Positions 56,961 to 64,000 of a DNA stretch of 64,000 nt are shown here, in pieces. How positions within the stretch are numbered: position 1 is the first letter of the stretch; every line of letters starts with the position of its first letter. The stretch is from assembly GCA_951406725.2 (NCBI GenBank), contig OX597835.1:48360001-48424000 (forward strand), read 5' to 3'. The notes under the pieces are model-generated. The model had not been told where the DNA came from. It searched no databases and saw nothing but the letters and a program-made list of their open reading frames with translations. The stretch comes from Octopus vulgaris. Its lineage: Eukaryota. The position numbers were made by a program, and so were the translations under genes.

Positions 56961-57519
56961 TTTTATTCTTTTATTCTTTTACTTGTTTCAGTCATTTGAC
57001 TGCGGCCATGCTGGACCACCGCTTATTATATATATATATATATATATACATGAAATTGTACACAAACATACTGTATGAATATACATATATATATATGGGT
57101 GCATGTTTATACATATATATGTGTGTGTTGCGTGTGTATATGTGCGCGTGTATAGGTATATGTGTGTATCTGTGTTAATACATGTGTATACGTGTTTCTC
57201 TGTATGAGATAGGGATGTATATGCTGCTATGTGCATTCTTATATCATCTAAGCTCATTTTCTCACTATTCGTATATCATTTAACGTGTGTGTAAAATGAT
57301 GCTTGATTTATATGCCTATAGCGTATCTCTATGTATGCCGAAAAATGGGCGTTTGTTTCTGTATCACTTTCCCTATTCTATCTCTATTCAGTTGTGTTTC
57401 TCATCTCTTCAAATTCTACGAGATTCAGTTAATGACATTCAATAAAACACCAGGACGGCAGACGTAGGACGGCAGCACTATATATTTGATATATCGATAA
57501 AGTGTGGTAGTATATTGGT

Positions 57520-57712
57520 CTCAAATGTTAGCCTAAAGTCAGCAAGTTCGAGGAAATGGGTTAAGTCGATTACATTGAGACCCTCGCATGCAACTTGTAC
57601 TTATGTTATCGACCATGAAAGGATAAAAGGTAGAATCGAGCTCGTCGTTAAAATGGACGGAATGCCGCTAAACATTTGGTCCGGGTACTAACGAATTCGT
57701 CAGATCGCCGTC
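57520..57712 (-). mobile_element. SINE family B, decayed
   Basis: TAAGTCGATTACATTGA..GTACTTATGTTATCGACC..GAAAGGATAAAAGG..GAATGCCGCTAA, colinear with 18455-18668. Confidence 0.6.
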
Positions 57713-57847
57713 TTATTGCGTGATAGAACATTAGAAAACGACTATAATAAACTATGGGAATTTTTAGTTGTTTCTACCACAACGTAGATATTTCAGTTTC
57801 AAGATGCGAAAACAGATCACGTGACTTAACAAGAAATTATGTATATA

Positions 57848-57930
<83 letters not shown>

Positions 57931-57954
57931 GTATATATGTGTATATATATGTGC

Positions 57955-58004
<50 letters not shown>

Positions 58005-58034
58005 ATACATATGTACATATATATATATATATAA

Positions 58035-58228
58035 GGAGCACACCGTCGATTACGACGACGAGCTGATACGATCAATGGAACAGCTTGCTCTTCAAATTAA
58101 CGTGCAAGTGGCTGAGCACTCCACAGACACGCGTACTCTTAACGTAGTTCTCAGGTAGATTCAGTGATACACAGTGTGACAAGGTTGGCCTTTTGAATTA
58201 CTGGTACAACTCATTTTTGCCAGCTGAG
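58035..58228 (-). mobile_element. 3' part of SINE sharing the family-A tail
   Basis: AAATTAACGTGCAAGTGGCTGAGCACTCCACAGACACG is nearly identical to 95-132. Confidence 0.85.
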
Positions 58229-58404
58229 AGGAATGGATCAACAAAGTGTTTTATGCTGTGGTGGGGGAACAAAGACTCAAAGACTCACAAACGTGCATGC
58301 GCACACAGACACACGTGTATGCTGTATACATATATATACACATACACACACACACGCATATATATATATATACATATATATATCATGATAGACACTACAC
58401 ACAT

Positions 58405-58569
58405 TTTTTCTCTAGTTGTTTCTTTCCTTGTTTTTTACTGTGTCCCTTTCTGTAGAAGAGCGTAGGTTCGAAACGTAAAAGACTTTTTCCAATTCCTGAG
58501 CGTTATACTAATACATCTGTTTGTTTTCTACACCACCTGTCTTCGTCTCTTGTTTTTTTTCGTGAACTC

Positions 58570-58575
<6 letters not shown>
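58405..58575 (+). mobile_element. second copy of the ~175-bp repeat with variant hammerhead (58446-58481)
   Basis: CUUU-CUGUAGA-A-GAGC(GUAG)GUUC-GAAA-CG-UA-AAAG; ends in (TA)n. Confidence 0.75.
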
Positions 58576-58623
<48 letters not shown>

Positions 58624-58626
58624 TAG

Positions 58627-58657
<31 letters not shown>

Positions 58658-58731
58658 GATAGATATATATATATATATATATATGTATATAGATATAGAT
58701 ATATATATATGTATGTATGTATATATATGTA

Positions 58732-58978
58732 TCGTTGCTATTACGTTAAACTGTCCTATATCCAAATTTGGCTAAATGCGTTTTTTTTCAATAGTTATTT
58801 TTGCTTGTAATAGCCGGTACTTTTGGTCAAACTATCGTATCTCCAGCTGCTCCAGATGCCAAAATATCAAAAATTCTCTAGGTGTAGTACAACGGTTTTC
58901 TTATGGAATAGTGAAATTATCTTTTCGTTTTCTGAAAAAACAACATTTTGGACTTACGACACTTTTGCATTATAGCAA

Positions 58979-58981
<3 letters not shown>
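58732..58981. mobile_element. 250-bp MITE with ~38-bp imperfect TIRs, TA-flanked
   Basis: TCGTTGCTATTACGTTAAACTGTCCTATATCCAAA versus the reverse complement of the right end, TCGTTGCTATAATGCAAAAGTGTCGTAAGTCCAAA. Confidence 0.75.
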
Positions 58982-59016
<35 letters not shown>

Positions 59017-59699
59017 CTGTGAATTAATATGTTACCATTATTCAATAGTCAAGATAAAACTCTGAGTTTCAGATGCCGAAGTGGAAATCCACAACACCAT
59101 ATCTTCGGTTATCTGGCCATCTGAAAACGCTATGAAAAAATACCGTTATATAAAGGGAAATTACTGTGTTATAATTCTGCTTAAGATTAAATGTTCGTAG
59201 TAAACACGTAAACATGGCTACTCATACGCTCACATGTGCGCTCGCGGACCCACGTGCGTACTAATACATCACTATGAAAACGTACACATCTTCACTCGCA
59301 TTTTTCACCATATGTATACGCATGTATATATACAAACTCATACACACACACGCGCGCGTACCGTAAAAGTTCATACATACGTCTATATACGCACAAGCAC
59401 AAGAAAAACCATGGTTAAAGGTAACAGAAAAAACATAAGGAAGTATACAAAGCATAAAAACCACGTTCATATACGGACATGCCCTTATGCACTCATACAC
59501 ACACACGCCCATATATGTACATACCCGCACATATTTATATACGCATACACAAAAAAGGAATATACATATGCCCCCCCAAAAAACTTTAAAAATTGTAAAA
59601 ATACTAATACAAATACACATTGTCCATAACCAAACAATTTACCACAATAAGAACGCTACTCGAAAAAGGTCGACAGAAATTTCTAAAAAATTCTGTTAT

Positions 59700-59757
59700 C
59701 ACCATATCGGACCGATTTCAGGGTTAGTTCATAAGAACCCTCCCTTCGTCAATGATA
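59700..59757 (-). ncRNA. type-I hammerhead-like motif (C3U variant or decayed)
   Basis: UAUCA-UUGACGA-AGGG..GUUC(UUAU)GAAC..CCCU-GAAA-UCGGUCCGA-UA-UGGUG. Confidence 0.6.
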
Positions 59758-60015
59758 AATGCGGCAAAAGAAATAAATGAAATACTTACTCATACCCATG
59801 GAAGAAGTAAACTCTAAGTCACGAGCACAACTAAGCTGGCCGGAGCCTATAGTAGAAGACACTTGCCTAAGATGCTACGCATTGGGGCTGAACCCAGATC
59901 CATGTGTTTGGGATGCAAGCTACTTACCACACACACATAAATATATATATGCATGTAAAAAGAGTGAAGTGGCGAGAAAAGAAAAAGGAAAAGAACAACA
60001 GTAGTAACAACAATA

Positions 60016-60575
60016 GGTAAGGAGAGGAGAGGGAAGAAGAGGGGCAGAAGGACGAAGTGAGCAAGAAGGAGGAGAAGGAGAAGAAGAAGAAGAAGAAGAA
60101 GAAGAAGAAGAAGAGAAGAAGAAGAAGAAGAGAAAAAGAAGTAGAAGGCGAAGAAGAGAAAGAAGAAGTGGAGGGTGAAGAAGAGGAGGATGGAGAAGAA
60201 GAAGAAGAAGAAGAAGAAGAAGAAGAAGAAGAAAAAGTGGGTGAAGAAGAAGAGGAAGGAGAAGGGGAAGAGAAAAAGAAGAAGAAGAAGAAAAAGAGAA
60301 AGAAAAAGAAGAAGAAGAAGAAGAAGAAGAAGAAGAAAAAGAGAAAGAAGAAGAAGAAGAAGAAGAAGAGGAAGGAGAGGGTGATGAAGAAGAAGAAGAA
60401 GAAGAAGAGGAAGGAGAAGAAGAGGAAGGAGAGGGTGATGAAGAAGAAGAAGAGGAAGGAGAAGAAGAGGAAGGAAAGGGTGATGAAGAAGAAGAAGAAG
60501 AAGAAGAGGAAGGAGAAGAAGAGGAGGAGAGGGTGATGAAGAAGAAGAAGAAGAAGAAGAAGAAGAAGAAGAAGA
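60016..60575. repeat. polypurine (GAA/GAG)n tract
   Basis: Directly visible; source of poly-K/E/R pseudo-ORFs. Confidence 0.95.
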
Positions 60576-60649
60576 ATTGGATGAGACTGTTAGCTAAGTC
60601 GGATCTTGAGGTGAGATGGAGAGAATACTGAGAAGGAGAGAATGGGATT

Positions 60650-60937
60650 GGTGGTGCTGATGATGATGATGATGATGGTGATGAGGAAATGATATTGAGG
60701 ATGATGATGATGATGATGATATTGGTGATTGGGTTAGTGGTGGTGGTGGTGGTTAAGATGATATTAGGGCTGCTGTGGTTGTTATTGTTGTGGTTGTTGA
60801 TTTCGTAGTTCTGGTTCGTTGTTGTTGTTGCTTTTGCTGTTAAAGTGGTGGTGGTGGTGGTGGTGGTGGTGGTGGTGGTGGTGGTGGTGGTGGTGGTGGA
60901 TCTGGTGCTGAACGTTGTAGTTGTGGTATTTGTATCG

Positions 60938-60969
<32 letters not shown>

Positions 60970-61386
60970 GGTGGCGGTGTGGGTGTAGCAATGTTCAATG
61001 TAAATGAGATAATGTTCTTTTTATTGTTGTCGTTGTTATTCTCGTACTTTTCGATCTCTATTATTGGTGGTGGTGGTGGTGATGGTGGTGGTGGTGGTGT
61101 GGTGGTGGTGGTGGTGGTGGTGGAGGTGGTGGTGTGGTGGTGATTTGGTGGTGGTGATGCTGGTTGGTGGTGGTGGAGGTGATGGTGCTGGTTGTGGTGG
61201 TGGTGGTGGTGGTGGTGGTAGTAGTGGTAGCGTTGATTTTGATGAGAGTGGTGCAATTGAAGTTGTTACTGTTGTTGCCGTTCCCCTACCTTTCGATCAT
61301 TTCTGGTGGTAGAGATGGTAAAGCTAATGGTCGTGTTGGTGGTGTCGTTGCCGTTGTTAATGTCGTTGATGTTGTTGTTTTGTTGC

Positions 61387-61417
<31 letters not shown>

Positions 61418-61517
61418 GGTGGTGGTGGTGGTGGTGGTGTGTTTGTGGTTGGCGTTGTAGTTCATTGCTGGTGGTGGTGATCCTGTTGTTAAGTTGTTGT
61501 TGTTGTTGCTGTTGTTG

Positions 61518-61549
<32 letters not shown>

Positions 61550-61610
61550 GGTGACGGTGGTGGTGCTAGTGTTGCAGCTGCTGCTGCTGCTGCTGCTAAC
61601 GTTGGTGGTT
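60650..61610. repeat. degenerate (GGT)n/(GTT)n/(GAT)n array
   Basis: Directly visible. Confidence 0.9.
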
Positions 61611-61943
61611 GGTGAACGTCGGAAAACTGAAGATCATCTCGAATTGTACAGCAAGTGTGCGTGACCTGTCATCACGGGTGAAAGAGACAGAGCTGGTGTG
61701 TGTTGAGCGATCAAGTAGCCAGCTTTACACGCAAGAGGTTAATTCGCAAGGGAGATAATCGTCAAAGCTTTGTCAAACACAATTTGCTGGTGAATTGAGC
61801 GTACAACTCCACTCCAATGTGGAAGCAGCTCTTTCGCAAAGGTGACAAGAAGAACTGGTCATTCCATAAGAAAAAAATACCACTTTCCCAGGACTTCCCC
61901 TCCACCTGTCACACACTAGAACACACATACGTACTATCACACT

Positions 61944-62016
<73 letters not shown>

Positions 62017-62063
62017 GAGGTAGATAGATAGATAGATAGATGGATACATACATACATACATAC

Positions 62064-62094
<31 letters not shown>

Positions 62095-62440
62095 GACATG
62101 CAGTTTCAGAGATATGTGTATGCGTGTGTAAATGTGTGTATGTGCGTGCGTGTGTGTATCATTGTTTCTCACATTGTATACCTGGGTTTTCTCTCCCACC
62201 CTCTCTCTCTCTCTCTCCTTCCCTCTCCCCCTCACTCACACATTTTCTTCCTCTCCCTCTCTCTTTCTCTCCGCTTCTACCTTGTTAATCTCTTTACTGT
62301 TTCGGTGTCTTATTATTTGACACAACTCGTCTTTCTCGCATTTGTCCTTCTAAATATATCATGTAAGCCGTGTGGGTGTGTGTACGTTTGTGTATGTACA
62401 CACACACACACATACACGCACACACACACACACACGCACA

Positions 62441-62490
<50 letters not shown>

Positions 62491-62504
62491 TTTTTATATA
62501 TATC

Positions 62505-62820
62505 TTTTATCTTTTATCTGTTTACTTGTTTCAGTCATTAGACTGCGGTCATGCTGGGGCACCGCCTTTAAGAGTTTATAGTCGAATGAATCGACTATAA
62601 ACCTTACTTATTTTCTTAGGCCTGGCATTTATTCTATCGGTCTCTTTGGCCAAGCCACTAAGTTATGAGGAAGTAAACACACCCACACCGGTTGCCAAGC
62701 GGTGATGGGGGAACAAACACAGACTCAAACACACACACGCGCGCGTACATATATGTATGTATATATGTATATATTTATGTATTTTATATTTTATATTTTC
62801 TTTTTGTAACATAATTTCGA

Positions 62821-62876
<56 letters not shown>

Positions 62877-63110
62877 TTAGAGTTATGTATTGGTTTATGT
62901 CTATCACTGTTTGAGTTGCATAATAGTGGTTTTATCTCTAATATATATTTTATATGTTTATACTGTGAAATTTGATTTAATACTAAATTGAAGGGTTTGG
63001 TTGGGGTGGGGCTATAGTAGAAGACACACGCCTAAGTTGCCATGCTGTAGGACTAAACCCGGAAACGTGGTTGGGAAGCAACCTTCTTACCACACAGTCA
63101 CTCCTGCACC
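62505..63110 (-). mobile_element. SINE family C with expanded, interrupted internal microsatellite
   Basis: Tail and body at 62505-62735, head and CORE-like box at 62995-63110, separated by AT-rich sequence. Confidence 0.75.
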
Positions 63111-63199
<89 letters not shown>

Positions 63200-63218
63200 T
63201 TGTGTGTGTGTACATAAG

Positions 63219-63264
<46 letters not shown>

Positions 63265-63288
63265 CATATATATATATTTATATATAAA

Positions 63289-63354
<66 letters not shown>

Positions 63355-64000
63355 ATACATACATATATATATATATGTATGTATATGAGTAATGCTTATC
63401 GCCACATAAACAGGAACCGGCATAACTGCCATTTTAACCCCAGGATGGAGCCCCTCCACCTGCTTATTTGATGCAACGAACCCATACCATTTTCTAGCCA
63501 AAAGGCCACCAGATCGTACAGTTTCGACCTATTTGTGGTCATCCGTCGTGGTGGATAATCGTCCGCTAGAAATCATAGTAGTTTATTCCAGTACATACAG
63601 TCACGGATCTTGCATGAAGCAAGTTAGCTTGAGAGAAAAATCTCAATAAGTGATGAAAGCAGTAACTATCGCCATTTAAACATGGCTCTTCCGTACGAAT
63701 CAACGTTACTGCCATACTAACCCCAGGAGGAAGCCTTCTGCAGCCAGTAATTCGATGCAATCTGAACCCGTACTCTGAGTTCAGCTCGTTTTTCATCTGA
63801 ATTAGATGTTTTCGATCATCCAGTTAGTGACTTGAACATACATTTTTTCTTCGAAATATTTATAATATTGAAATAAGGAAGCGAGTTGGCAACATCGATA
63901 ACAAGTCGGACAAAACCATCAACGGCGTTTCGTCTGTCTGTGTGTTTTGATTTCAAAAGCCGCCAAGGTTCACTTTCCGTTTTATATTTTAGGATTCGAT

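Overview
Eukaryotic, AT-rich, gene-poor DNA dominated by microsatellites ((TA)n, (CA)n, (AAT)n, (GATA)n, (GAT)n, (GGT)n, (GAA)n) and transposable-element relics. The SINE families and microsatellite load point to an octopus/coleoid cephalopod genome (inference). Nearly all listed ORFs are simple-repeat artefacts, and no host gene can be called with confidence. Recognisable elements: a full-length DD34D mariner (19096-20391), a DD37D-type Tc1/mariner fragment, a 5'-truncated Penelope-like retroelement (RT, Zn-finger linker, GIY-YIG; ~40580-41831), R4/Dong-like RLE-LINE fragments (one inside (AAT)n), a Tx1-like LINE 3' end, two MITEs and about 20 tRNA-derived SINE copies or fragments. The main unexpected signal is about 11 type-I hammerhead-ribozyme (HHR) motifs from about 8 unrelated short repeat families. 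Most have palindromic stem III, and many sit in fold-back or partial-tandem structures ending in (TA)n. The standout cases are one canonical HHR in a ~468-nt retrozyme-like unit (38908-39486) and a tRNA-headed SINE whose 3' tail carries an HHR (two copies). All structures were read by eye, nothing was searched or folded computationally, and boundaries of decayed elements are approximate.
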